From Escherichia phage vB_Eco_Jura: a stretch of 64,000 nucleotides of DNA. The position numbers and the translations under genes are program-made. The notes beneath the pieces were generated by a model. That model saw only the letters and a list, made by a program, of their open reading frames with translations, was not told the DNA's origin and did no database searches. This document shows, piece after piece, positions 47,372 to 55,294 of the stretch. The stretch lies in the sequence record LR999871; one strand, given 5' to 3'. Position 1 is the stretch's first letter; the number at the start of each line of letters is the position of its first letter.

Positions 47372-47543
47372 TGCTCTTGATACCAGGGGTAATGAAATCA
47401 TTAGCTATAAAGTGCAAGGCTTTAAATGGTTCAAATGGAAAACATTAACTAGCTTTAAAGAATTTGAGAAAGATAAAGCTATTAAGTTAACCAAGAAATT
47501 GAACCAACGTAAGAAGATTAAATTAGTTACTGTAATTAAATAA
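47346..47543 (+). CDS. small basic protein candidate (65 aa)
   Basis: ATG inside the 3' end of the upstream gene in another frame; Lys-rich; no clear SD. Confidence 0.3.
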   Translation: MKFRTVMVNALDTRGNEIISYKVQGFKWFKWKTLTSFKEFEKDKAIKLTKKLNQRKKIKLVTVIK

Positions 47544-47553
47544 GGATAAGGCA

Positions 47554-47712
47554 ATGCGTAAATCACTAATCATGGGAACCAAAGAAGACGTTGCTAAGAT
47601 GAAAGCTAAACGTCAGATGAATAAAGCAGTAACGTTTGCAGAACGTTATAGTACGTCTGAACCAGTACGTCGTATTGTTACTTTCAACCATCCAGCTATT
47701 AAGGGTATGTAA
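47554..47712 (+). CDS. candidate small protein (52 aa), absent from the ORF track
   Basis: ATG 7 nt after AAGGA; MRKSLIMGTKEDVAKMKAKRQMNKAVTFAERYSTSEPVRRIVTFNHPAIKGM; its stop overlaps the next ATG (TAATG). Confidence 0.4.
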   Translation: MRKSLIMGTKEDVAKMKAKRQMNKAVTFAERYSTSEPVRRIVTFNHPAIKGM

Positions 47713-47921
47713 TGCAAACTAAAGATAAGAAAGACTTAGAACGTCTTCTCCGTGTATATGGTGATTATGCATTGTTAGCAGAGATAACTAATATTATCGA
47801 AGAAGACTGTCGTAACGGTTATGCCAATAACCCACAAGCAATAATTCATCGTGATGCAGTAGTGCTTAGAGAAGCAGTCAGTAAGATGCAAGCATTACAT
47901 CCATTAAGACAGCGAGCATAA
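47712..47921 (+). CDS. early protein (69 aa)
   Basis: ATG with TAATG overlap; followed by a GC hairpin and T-rich tract. Confidence 0.5.
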   Translation: MQTKDKKDLERLLRVYGDYALLAEITNIIEEDCRNGYANNPQAIIHRDAVVLREAVSKMQALHPLRQRA

Positions 47922-47925
47922 ATAG

Positions 47926-47956
47926 GAGGGGGCTACTAAGCCCTCTTCTTATTTTT
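47926..47956 (+). terminator. terminator candidate
   Basis: GC-rich stem GAGGG/CCCTC around a 10-nt loop, then TTCTTATTTTT. Confidence 0.4.
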
Positions 47957-47994
47957 ATCGTGGTTATTAAGCAACTATCTTAGAGGAAGGAATA

Positions 47995-48210
47995 ATGGAA
48001 CAGTTAAACTACGGTTATAAGATTAAACGCAATCAAGTAAGAGGTTCTTGGTTATTTCTCGTTTATGGTAAACCAATCTATGAATTACATCGTGGAGAGA
48101 AATCCAAGACCTATTACGTAACTCATATTGCTACAGGAAAAACTCCTGCATGTGCAGGATTGCTTCGTGATGCAATTATGAAAGCATGTATGTTAGAAGG
48201 ACTTCTATGA
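47995..48210 (+). CDS. early protein (71 aa)
   Basis: ATG preceded by GAGGAAGGA. Confidence 0.55.
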   Translation: MEQLNYGYKIKRNQVRGSWLFLVYGKPIYELHRGEKSKTYYVTHIATGKTPACAGLLRDAIMKACMLEGLL

Positions 48211-48521
48211 ACCAAATCATTGCTATCCCGCAGCATAAAGCTCGTATTGCTGACAGGAATATTCGTATTCATTATCCAATGCCTTTGAGTAATCCATTTC
48301 AGAAAAATGAGAGAACCACGGATGAAGATATAGCAGCAGCTTATGAGGCATATCTTCGTAACCGTTTGGTAAGTGGTGACAAGCTCATTACGGCTGAAAT
48401 GGAACGAATTGCTAAATTCGTTATAGATGATACTGACAAACCCGTTGGCCTCATTGGTAATGAACTGGAAGTGAATGTAATCCGTAAGATTATTATGGAG
48501 GCTCTTAATGGGAATCAGTGA
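48207..48521 (+). CDS. early protein (104 aa)
   Basis: Track start 48186 trimmed to the ATG at 48207, which follows AGAAGGA and overlaps the upstream stop (ATGA). Confidence 0.55.
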   Translation: MNQIIAIPQHKARIADRNIRIHYPMPLSNPFQKNERTTDEDIAAAYEAYLRNRLVSGDKLITAEMERIAKFVIDDTDKPVGLIGNELEVNVIRKIIMEALNGNQ

Positions 48522-48684
48522 ATCCCAGGCTATGGCTATTAAACAGTTAGCCTTCAACTGCCTTAGTGCTATGAAGGCATTTAATGAAGCAAAAACTTTC
48601 CCTGACCAGAATAAAGCTCGTATTCGACTTTATCAGTCTAAGAAAGATTTTGAAGAATATCTGGAAAGTATTACGGTGAAATAA
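48508..48684 (+). CDS. candidate small protein (58 aa), absent from the ORF track
   Basis: ATG 7 nt after GGAGG; fills the gap between annotated ORFs; stop overlaps the next ATG (TAATG). Confidence 0.45.
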   Translation: MGISESQAMAIKQLAFNCLSAMKAFNEAKTFPDQNKARIRLYQSKKDFEEYLESITVK

Positions 48685-49004
48685 TGAAAACAATATTAAT
48701 TGTTCATGATGCTGATTTTAATGATGTTGATAAAATGATGCGTAATATTGATTATGTAGCTCAGACAACTCCAGCATTTAAAGAAGAATTTACTCTATAT
48801 TGTGATGCTAATTCACCATTAGTTCCCATTCTGAAAGAAGCTGGTTTACCCTTCTCTACAGATAATTTCCCTGAAGAACCTGATTATGTAATTTCATTTA
48901 TTTATGACTTACATGATGGCTCAGAACCAAGTGAATTGACTATGAGTCAATGGAAATCCAGAAGACCTGTATATGCATTTCAGGTAGTTAAATCAAGGAG
49001 TTAA
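48684..49004 (+). CDS. early protein (106 aa)
   Basis: ATG in a TAATG overlap; no motif recognised. Confidence 0.55.
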   Translation: MKTILIVHDADFNDVDKMMRNIDYVAQTTPAFKEEFTLYCDANSPLVPILKEAGLPFSTDNFPEEPDYVISFIYDLHDGSEPSELTMSQWKSRRPVYAFQVVKSRS

Positions 49005-49006
49005 CT

Positions 49007-49375
49007 ATGTTAGGTGATAACACTAATGCTCTGTTTGGAGTGTCAGCCAGACCTATTATCATTGTTAATAAACATCATGGTAAAAAGGGTGAATATATTG
49101 GGCGTGGTTCTCCTCTGGGTAATCCATTCGTTATTGGTAAAGATGGAACCAGAGAAGAAGTAATTGCCAAATATAAAGTATGGCTACAAGAACAGATTGA
49201 TAAAGGTAATCCAGTTGTACTGGATGAATTAAATCGTCTTGGTAATAAAGCCATTGATGAAAAAGGATTAGCTTTACAGTGCTTCTGTTATCCAAAACCT
49301 TGTCATGGCGAGGTTATTAAAGAGAAGTTAGTAAAAGCTATGTATAACTACTTTGTGGAAAATCCTAATGGATAA
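49007..49375 (+). CDS. DUF4326-like protein (GNP motif), 122 aa
   Basis: ATG preceded by AAGGAG; YIGRGSPLGNPF ... QCFCYPKPCHGEV matches the DUF4326 hallmark as I recall it (Gly-Asn-Pro motif plus C-terminal Cys/His cluster). Confidence 0.5.
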   Translation: MLGDNTNALFGVSARPIIIVNKHHGKKGEYIGRGSPLGNPFVIGKDGTREEVIAKYKVWLQEQIDKGNPVVLDELNRLGNKAIDEKGLALQCFCYPKPCHGEVIKEKLVKAMYNYFVENPNG

Positions 49376-49553
49376 ACAATGCAAATGTGGTAAAGGCTAT
49401 GTATCCCAATGGGATGGTAAATGTGGTCATTGTAGAACCAAGAAAGAACAACGTGACCATGAATATGCACTTCAGGAAATGATTGTACCTGTTGAGAATT
49501 TAGGTATGGCTCCACTTGAGGCTTACAAATACATAAGGAGATTATGCAAATGA
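49368..49553 (+). CDS. small zinc-ribbon protein (61 aa)
   Basis: Track TTG start trimmed to the ATG at 49368; MDKQCKCGKGYVSQWDGKCGHCRTKK has a C-x-C ... C-x2-C arrangement. Confidence 0.45.
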   Translation: MDKQCKCGKGYVSQWDGKCGHCRTKKEQRDHEYALQEMIVPVENLGMAPLEAYKYIRRLCK

Positions 49554-49930
49554 AAGAAGTATTCGTATTTGGTTCTAACCTTGCTGGTGTACATGGTGCA
49601 GGTGCTGCAAAGACAGCATATAAGAAACATGGAGCCAGATGGGGTAAAGGGCATGGTCATTATGGTGACAGCTACGCTATTCCCACTAAAGATACCAATA
49701 TCAAAACGATGACTATTGAAGACATTCGTACATTTGTAAACGCCTTCATTGTCTATGCTGCTAATCATCCAGAACTTAACTTTAAAGTTACTCGTGTAGG
49801 TTGTGGATTAGCTGGTATTGATGATTCTGTTATGGCCTCTATGTTTGAAAATGCCACTGATAACTGTTCCTTTGACTTAGCATGGAAAAGTTACTTAGGG
49901 GATGATTTCAACTACTGGGGAACGTTCTAA
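49544..49930 (+). CDS. hypothetical protein with N-terminal glycine-rich loop (128 aa)
   Basis: ATG preceded by AGGAG; N-terminus VFVFGSNLAGVHGAGAAKTA...GDSYAIPTK looks like a beta-strand plus Gly-rich nucleotide-binding loop; family not resolved. Confidence 0.5.
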   Translation: MQMKEVFVFGSNLAGVHGAGAAKTAYKKHGARWGKGHGHYGDSYAIPTKDTNIKTMTIEDIRTFVNAFIVYAANHPELNFKVTRVGCGLAGIDDSVMASMFENATDNCSFDLAWKSYLGDDFNYWGTF

Positions 49931-49947
49931 CTCATACGTTAGGCAAT

Positions 49948-49968
49948 AAGCTGCTCCGCAGCTTTTGG
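49948..49968 (+). promoter_or_regulatory. hairpin promoter candidate 3 (virion-RNAP type), upstream of the RNAP subunit genes
   Basis: AAGCTGC-TCC-GCAGCTT (7-bp stem, 3-nt loop) then TTGG; core GCTCCGC-AG-CTTTTGG; 37 nt before the ATG at 50005. Confidence 0.45.
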
Positions 49969-50004
49969 TAATTAATATGTTTAACCAATTTTGGAGAATA
50001 TGCG

Positions 50005-50817
50005 ATGTCTACTATCGAACATCAGATGCACCTCGAAAAGCTGTACAACAAGAACCAACTGTTACCAAGAATGCGTCAGGAGTTTGAAGAAAACTCTGGT
50101 ATTGATTTCAAAGCCTTCTTTGCACATATAGGCATTGATTACAAATTTGGCATTGATGCAATGGTTCAAATGGCTCTGCATAAGCGAGCTGACCTACCAA
50201 CATTAGTTGGTACATTGCGTCATCATTGCAAATCTGCACAGGAAGTAGCAGACAACCTTTTTAAGATGGCAAGTGAGGATTGCTTTAACTTTGACCCGAC
50301 CATCGACAAGTTCATTGTCATTTATACAATCAGCGATGACGTACAGCATGAACTGGATTCATTTCAATATCCACTACCTATGGTAGTACGTCCTAAGCTG
50401 TTAACTAAGAATTATGGTACTGGGTACTTCACATGTAATAAGAGTGTGATTCTTAAGAAGAACCATACTGACGATGACATCTGCTTAGACCATCTGAACC
50501 GTATGAACAAGATTCCATTGTCTATCAATTGGGATGTAGCTCATATGGTTAAAAATGAATGGGCTAATCTGGATAAACCGAAAGAAGGTGAAACTCGTCA
50601 GGAGTTTGAAAAACGTGTACGTGCATTCCAGAAATATGACCGTACTGCACATGAAGTAATGGGTTTATTGACCCAGGAAGGCAATAAGTTCTATCTGACT
50701 CATCGTCCGGATAAACGTGGTCGTACCTATTGCCAAGGTTATCATGTAACATACCAGGGAACTTCTTGGTGTAAAGCCGTGATTGAACTTGCTGATAAGG
50801 AACTTATCAATGATTAA
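50005..50817 (+). CDS. phage RNA polymerase, small (N-terminal-type) subunit, 270 aa
   Basis: ATG preceded by GGAGAA. Assigned from its pairing with the catalytic-subunit gene downstream and the 270/404-aa sizes I recall for the N4 two-subunit enzyme; no catalytic motif expected here. Confidence 0.55.
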   Translation: MSTIEHQMHLEKLYNKNQLLPRMRQEFEENSGIDFKAFFAHIGIDYKFGIDAMVQMALHKRADLPTLVGTLRHHCKSAQEVADNLFKMASEDCFNFDPTIDKFIVIYTISDDVQHELDSFQYPLPMVVRPKLLTKNYGTGYFTCNKSVILKKNHTDDDICLDHLNRMNKIPLSINWDVAHMVKNEWANLDKPKEGETRQEFEKRVRAFQKYDRTAHEVMGLLTQEGNKFYLTHRPDKRGRTYCQGYHVTYQGTSWCKAVIELADKELIND

Positions 50818-51319
50818 AGACAGAATGCCTATGGGTTACTGGAACAAACCAATAGAAGAATTAGCAATAGCTCACCCAAAAGAAGCTGCTAATAGTGCTA
50901 GTGGTTACATACGTATATCCAGAAACAATAGGATTCATTATTTACATCGTTGGTTGTGGGAACAAAAACATGGTGCTATCCCTGCTGGACACACCATTGA
51001 CCATCTTAATGGAATCCGGACTGATTGCCGTTGGGAAAACATGCGTTGTATCCCTTGGGCAATTAACTTACGTAATAGTACAAAGCGTGCTGATAACACG
51101 TCAGGAGTAACAGGTGTCTCACTATGGAAATCTCCAAAAGGAGTGTTCTGGAGAGCAACTTGTACTGACAACTTAACAGGAAAACAACGATGTAAGGTGT
51201 TTTCCATAAATAAATACGGTTACAACTTTGCATTTGAATTAGCATGTGATGCTCGTGCCGATATGATTGAACGCCTGAACCAACAAGGTGCAGGTTATAC
51301 CGACCGTCACGGTCAATAA
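50810..51319 (+). CDS. HNH homing endonuclease with AP2-like DNA-binding domain
   Basis: Track start 50783 trimmed to the ATG at 50810 (after AAGGA, overlapping the upstream stop). HNH core GHTIDHLNGIRTDCRWENMRCIPWAINLRN; C-terminal SGVTGVSLWKSPKGVFWRA is AP2-like. Confidence 0.75.
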   Translation: MIKDRMPMGYWNKPIEELAIAHPKEAANSASGYIRISRNNRIHYLHRWLWEQKHGAIPAGHTIDHLNGIRTDCRWENMRCIPWAINLRNSTKRADNTSGVTGVSLWKSPKGVFWRATCTDNLTGKQRCKVFSINKYGYNFAFELACDARADMIERLNQQGAGYTDRHGQ

Positions 51320-51331
51320 TCCCTATAAGCA

Positions 51332-51352
51332 GGCTCTCCATAGTGGGGAGCC
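51332..51352 (+). other. 8-bp hairpin in the RNA leader of the catalytic RNAP subunit gene
   Basis: GGCTCTCC/GGGGAGCC (one G-U) with loop ATAGT, followed by an A/G-rich SD region rather than a T tract. Confidence 0.4.
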
Positions 51353-51373
51353 AAGAAGCAAGAGGAATATACA

Positions 51374-52588
51374 ATGCAAACTTTTACTGCCCGTGAATAT
51401 CTGAAAATTGACATTGCTAATAACTATGGTCTGGATAAAGAAGACTGGGATGACCGTATTGCATGGTTCGATAAGAATGAGAACAACCTGCTGAACCTTG
51501 TAAGAGAAGCTGAAGAACCAGCCCTGTTCTATGCTGGTGTTAAAGCATGGATGGACGTTAAGGAAGGTAAGCCAATTGGTTATCCTGTTGCACTGGATGC
51601 TACATCATCTGGTCTACAGATTCTGGCTTGCCTGACTGGTGACCGTAGAGCTGCTGAACTATGTAACGTTGTTAACTATCGTGATGAAAGTGGCAAAGTT
51701 AAACGTCGTGATGCTTATACAGTTATCTACAACAAGATGCTGAACACTCTTGGTAAAGGTGCTCGTATCAAACGTAATGACTGTAAACAAGCAATCATGA
51801 CTGCTCTGTATGGTTCAGAGGCTAAACCAAAGGAAGTATTTGGTGAAGGCATTATGCTCAACGTATTTGAAAGCACAATGAATGTGGAAGCACCTGCTGT
51901 ATGGGAATTGAATAAATTCTGGTTACAGTGTGGTAATCCAGAGGCTTTCGTATATCACTGGGTAATGCCAGATGGCTTTAACGTATATATCAAAGTAATG
52001 GTAAATGAAGTGGAGACTGTCCACTTCTTAGATAAGCCGTATGACTGTGTTCGTAAAGTACAAGGTACTGAAGAGAAGACTCGTATGCTATCTGCCAATA
52101 CCACCCACTCTATTGATGGCCTAGTAGTACGTGAGCTGGTTCGTCGTTGTGACTATGACAAGAACCAGATTGAATACATCAAGGCTCTTTGCAATGGTGA
52201 AGCTGAATATAAGACTTCTGAAAAGAACTATGGCAAAGCAATGGAACTGTGGGGCTACTATGAGAAGACAGGATTCCTGACTGCTCGTATCTTTGATTAT
52301 CTGGATTCTGAAACTATTAAATTAGTAAATACTCAGGACATTCTAGACCTGATTGAATCCATGCCTAAGAAACCATTCCATGTACTCACTGTACATGACT
52401 GCTTCCGTTGCCTGCCTAACTATGGCAATGACATTCGTCGTCAGTACAACAACCTGTTAGCTACTATTGCTAAAGGTGACTTACTATCTTTCATTATGAG
52501 CCAGGTTCTAGGCCAAGAAGTTACTATTGGCAAACTAGACCCGACTCTATGGGAAGATGTATTAGAAACCGAATACGCTCTATCTTAA
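51374..52588 (+). CDS. phage RNA polymerase, catalytic subunit (T7-like palm), 404 aa
   Basis: ATG preceded by AGAGGAA. T7 RNAP-type motifs in order: PVALDATSSGLQ (motif A, D...SG-Q), RNDCKQAIMTALYGS (motif B, R-x3-K-x7-YG), VHDCF (motif C). Confidence 0.8.
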   Translation: MQTFTAREYLKIDIANNYGLDKEDWDDRIAWFDKNENNLLNLVREAEEPALFYAGVKAWMDVKEGKPIGYPVALDATSSGLQILACLTGDRRAAELCNVVNYRDESGKVKRRDAYTVIYNKMLNTLGKGARIKRNDCKQAIMTALYGSEAKPKEVFGEGIMLNVFESTMNVEAPAVWELNKFWLQCGNPEAFVYHWVMPDGFNVYIKVMVNEVETVHFLDKPYDCVRKVQGTEEKTRMLSANTTHSIDGLVVRELVRRCDYDKNQIEYIKALCNGEAEYKTSEKNYGKAMELWGYYEKTGFLTARIFDYLDSETIKLVNTQDILDLIESMPKKPFHVLTVHDCFRCLPNYGNDIRRQYNNLLATIAKGDLLSFIMSQVLGQEVTIGKLDPTLWEDVLETEYALS

Positions 52589-52594
52589 TAACTA

Positions 52595-52627
52595 AGGCTA
52601 TCCCTACGGGGGTAGCCTTTATTTTTT
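52595..52627 (+). terminator. strong rho-independent terminator after the RNAP genes
   Basis: 10-bp stem AGGCTATCCC/GGGGGTAGCCT (one G-U), loop TACG, then TTATTTTTTT. Confidence 0.7.
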
Positions 52628-52672
52628 TAGTAAATCATAATGGATAGGCATTTAACCTATGAGGAAATTAAA

Positions 52673-53512
52673 ATGCCTGTTCTTAAAGTGATGTTCCATA
52701 AAGACACCAACGTAGCTACTGTACTGGATGCCAGTGGTAGCCTTAGTGATGGTTCCGTTGAGGTGGGTACTTTCCATCATCCTGATGAAACCTATCCCGA
52801 TAGTGTAACTATCTATCATGGTGTACGTGACCTGCTGTATAAACGCAGTGCTAAAGACCCATCTCAAACTGCTTCTTACCCAAATAACATTATCAATATG
52901 CAAGTTATCAGTATTGATATGAAGGCAACTCCTCGCCTGATTTTGGGTACTGCATTGCCTCGTGTAATCTCTACTATTGAAGGTAAAGATGTAACCTGGC
53001 ATGTAGATGTTGCTGGTGGTAAAGCACCATTGACTTACAAGTGGCAGTTTAAAGCTAATACTGTAGGTGCTGCTTTCGCTGATATTGATTCCGGAGAGAA
53101 TCCTACAGCTAAAACTGCAACTCTTATTAATCATGCAGTAACTGCTGAATCTGCTGGTACTTATAAAGTCATCGTTACTGATGCTAACGGTACTACTATC
53201 GAGAGTTCTTCTCTGCTGGTTGTAGGAGTTCAGGAACCACCTGAAGTAGCTTCTATTGTTGCTTATCCAAGTCCACTGGCTCTATCAGTAGCTGATGATA
53301 TTACCAATGGTAAAACAGTTAAGTTTTCTTCCCTGCCTGCTGGCTCTTTGATTGGTACTCTGTCCATTAAGACCCAGCCTGACAGTGGTAAAGCTACTGC
53401 TGAGATTAGTGGTAATGTACTGACAGTTAAACCTGTAGCCGCAGGTGACACTACTGTAGTGGTCACCAACGGAACCAAGGAAGTAACTGTTACGGTTAAT
53501 GTTACAGAGTAA
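52673..53512 (+). CDS. Ig-like domain protein, capsid decoration candidate (279 aa)
   Basis: Track ATG at 52640 has no SD; ATG at 52673 follows GAGGAAA. Thr/Val/Ser-rich beta-strand pattern (VTAESAGTYKVIVTDANGTT; VTNGTKEVTVTVNVTE) typical of Ig-like (BIG2-type) domains. Confidence 0.6.
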   Translation: MPVLKVMFHKDTNVATVLDASGSLSDGSVEVGTFHHPDETYPDSVTIYHGVRDLLYKRSAKDPSQTASYPNNIINMQVISIDMKATPRLILGTALPRVISTIEGKDVTWHVDVAGGKAPLTYKWQFKANTVGAAFADIDSGENPTAKTATLINHAVTAESAGTYKVIVTDANGTTIESSSLLVVGVQEPPEVASIVAYPSPLALSVADDITNGKTVKFSSLPAGSLIGTLSIKTQPDSGKATAEISGNVLTVKPVAAGDTTVVVTNGTKEVTVTVNVTE

Positions 53513-53533
53513 TGTGATTGTTTTTATGAATGT

Positions 53534-53556
53534 AGCCCTCCTTGTGAGGGCTTTTT
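53534..53556 (+). terminator. rho-independent terminator
   Basis: Stem AGCCCTC/GAGGGCT, loop CTTGT, then TTTT. Confidence 0.65.
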
Positions 53557-53581
53557 AGTATCTATAGGAGAGTAAATAATT

Positions 53582-53896
53582 ATGGCTAATAAGAACCGTC
53601 TTCGTGTATGGCATATCCCTCAAGTACCCGGCAAAGCCTTCTATGTTGAAGTAGATTCAGTAGAAGAAGGTGTACGTATCATTGATATACTAGCCAACTA
53701 TGACCTATTCCAGTATGAGAACAATATCAAAGGTGATTACTGCAATGTCTCTGGTTTACAGATGTATGATGAACATATCACTGATGATGAAATGGAAGAG
53801 ATGGGTCTGACTGACCGTTGGGTAGACTGGTACTATGAAGATGACCAGAGCTTTTTTGATAACCCGAAAGAGTATTTGAATAATCTCAAGAAGTAA
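53582..53896 (+). CDS. acidic protein (104 aa), function unknown
   Basis: ATG preceded by AGGAGAG; Asp/Glu/Tyr-rich C-terminus. Confidence 0.6.
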   Translation: MANKNRLRVWHIPQVPGKAFYVEVDSVEEGVRIIDILANYDLFQYENNIKGDYCNVSGLQMYDEHITDDEMEEMGLTDRWVDWYYEDDQSFFDNPKEYLNNLKK

Positions 53897-53936
53897 TTTC
53901 TTGGGGTTAATGACCCTTATTAATTCCTTATCCTTT

Positions 53937-53959
53937 GCCCTCCTATGGAGGGCTTTTTT
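53937..53959 (+). terminator. rho-independent terminator
   Basis: Stem GCCCTCC/GGAGGGC, loop TAT, then TTTTTT; the ORF-track start at 53935 lies inside this hairpin and is rejected. Confidence 0.7.
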
Positions 53960-53970
53960 ACGGAGTACAA

Positions 53971-54177
53971 ATGTTTAAGTTCTTAGACCTTATCTGGGCA
54001 GTCATTTTGCTGGTTGCTACAGGCTTTGTATATGGCTTCTTGCTCCCATCAATGATGTCTGCTTTAGACAGCATCATTGTTGTTATGGGCTTGATAGTCT
54101 GTATTGTGTGGCCTCTTATCGTAGGCCGTATCGTTTATCTTACAGTTAAGAAAAGGATGAGAAGAAAACATGTATAA
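53971..54177 (+). CDS. small two-TM membrane protein (68 aa), partner of the SPFH gene
   Basis: ATG preceded by ACGGAG; two hydrophobic helices and a basic C-terminus (KKRMRRKHV); 3' end overlaps the SPFH gene start. Confidence 0.5.
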   Translation: MFKFLDLIWAVILLVATGFVYGFLLPSMMSALDSIIVVMGLIVCIVWPLIVGRIVYLTVKKRMRRKHV

Positions 54178-55006
54178 GTACATTGCAGTAGCAATTGCAG
54201 GGCTAATCATTGCTCTAAGTTTAACGAGCTGCTATGACCGAGTTGAACCAGGTAATGTAGGTATTATCGTTAATCGTCTCGGTGAAGATAAAGGTGTGGA
54301 AAATGAGGTTAAAGGTGTAGGCCGTTACTGGCTCACTTGGAATGAAGAACTTTATACATTCCCGACCTTTAAGCAGATGAAGACCTATGATGGTCTGTTT
54401 TACTTCCAACTGTCTGATGGTACTCAGATAGGCCACCAGATGGCTATCAGCTATAAAGTGAACCCTACTAAGGTAACTAATATCTTCCAGACGTATCGTA
54501 AGGGAGTTAATGAAATTACCGAGCAGGATTTACGACAACGTATTGCTGATGTACTTAACAGACAGGGTAACCTGATTAACACTGATACATTTATTGATGG
54601 TGGTAAATCTAAGCTACTGGATAGTGTCACTGACACAATCCGTAAAGAGATGGAACCAGTAGGGATTGATATTATTGCTATCTCCTGGATTGGTGCTCCT
54701 GAATACCCTGATAATGTTAAACGTGCCATTAATGCCAAAGTAGAAGCTACTCAGAAAACTCTGCAACGTGAGCAAGAGATTCAGCAACGTGTAGCTGAAG
54801 CTAATATGGAACGTGAACAAGCTAAGGGTGTAGCAGATGCTATCCTGATTAAAGCTAAAGCAGAGGCTGATGCTATTCGTTTACGTGGTGAAGCACTCAC
54901 CGAGAACCCAAATGTAATGCAACTGGAAGCCATTAATAAGTGGAATGGTACATTACCTACCACAATGATTCCTGGGGCTACTACACCTTTCGTTAATGTG
55001 AAATAA
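54170..55006 (+). CDS. SPFH/band-7 (stomatin/prohibitin/HflK-C-like) lipoprotein
   Basis: N-terminal lipoprotein signal IAGLIIALSLTSC; SPFH-type core (VEPGNVGIIVNRLGE ... ISYKVNP) followed by an Ala/Glu/Gln-rich coiled coil (QREQEIQQRVAEANMEREQAKGVADAILIKAKAEADAIRLRGEA). Confidence 0.6.
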   Translation: MYKYIAVAIAGLIIALSLTSCYDRVEPGNVGIIVNRLGEDKGVENEVKGVGRYWLTWNEELYTFPTFKQMKTYDGLFYFQLSDGTQIGHQMAISYKVNPTKVTNIFQTYRKGVNEITEQDLRQRIADVLNRQGNLINTDTFIDGGKSKLLDSVTDTIRKEMEPVGIDIIAISWIGAPEYPDNVKRAINAKVEATQKTLQREQEIQQRVAEANMEREQAKGVADAILIKAKAEADAIRLRGEALTENPNVMQLEAINKWNGTLPTTMIPGATTPFVNVK

Positions 55007-55013
55007 CTAAGCA

Positions 55014-55042
55014 AACCCACCATTACGGTGGGTTTATTTTTT
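55014..55042 (+). terminator. rho-independent terminator
   Basis: Stem AACCCACC/GGTGGGTT, loop ATTAC, then TTATTTTTT. Confidence 0.7.
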
Positions 55043-55068
55043 GAAGTTATCTAACACTGGGTATTCCT

Positions 55069-55293
55069 ATGAAAGTAAATATTTTACGCCGTAAGAAAGT
55101 TCCTTTCTTTCAAATCAATTGTGGTTCATGCTTTCAACACGATGATGACTACTATATGAAGTGTAGTTATCAATCCAAAGAACACTTCTATGGTGTGAAT
55201 TTACAAACAGGTCATCTGTTCACATTTGATAATAATGACTTTGTTTATCCTGTGACCTTAGAAGCATGTATTCCTGACCCATTTAATAAATAG
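55069..55293 (+). CDS. hypothetical protein (74 aa)
   Basis: ATG-initiated; weak SD; Cys/His-containing. Confidence 0.45.
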   Translation: MKVNILRRKKVPFFQINCGSCFQHDDDYYMKCSYQSKEHFYGVNLQTGHLFTFDNNDFVYPVTLEACIPDPFNK

Positions 55294-55294
55294 T

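Noticed and set aside
52652-53134. 160-aa minus-strand ORF opposite the decoration-protein gene, and 48123-48557 (144 aa) opposite early genes
   Set aside because: Antisense to plus-strand genes with good initiation signals; hydrophobic low-complexity translations typical of shadow frames.
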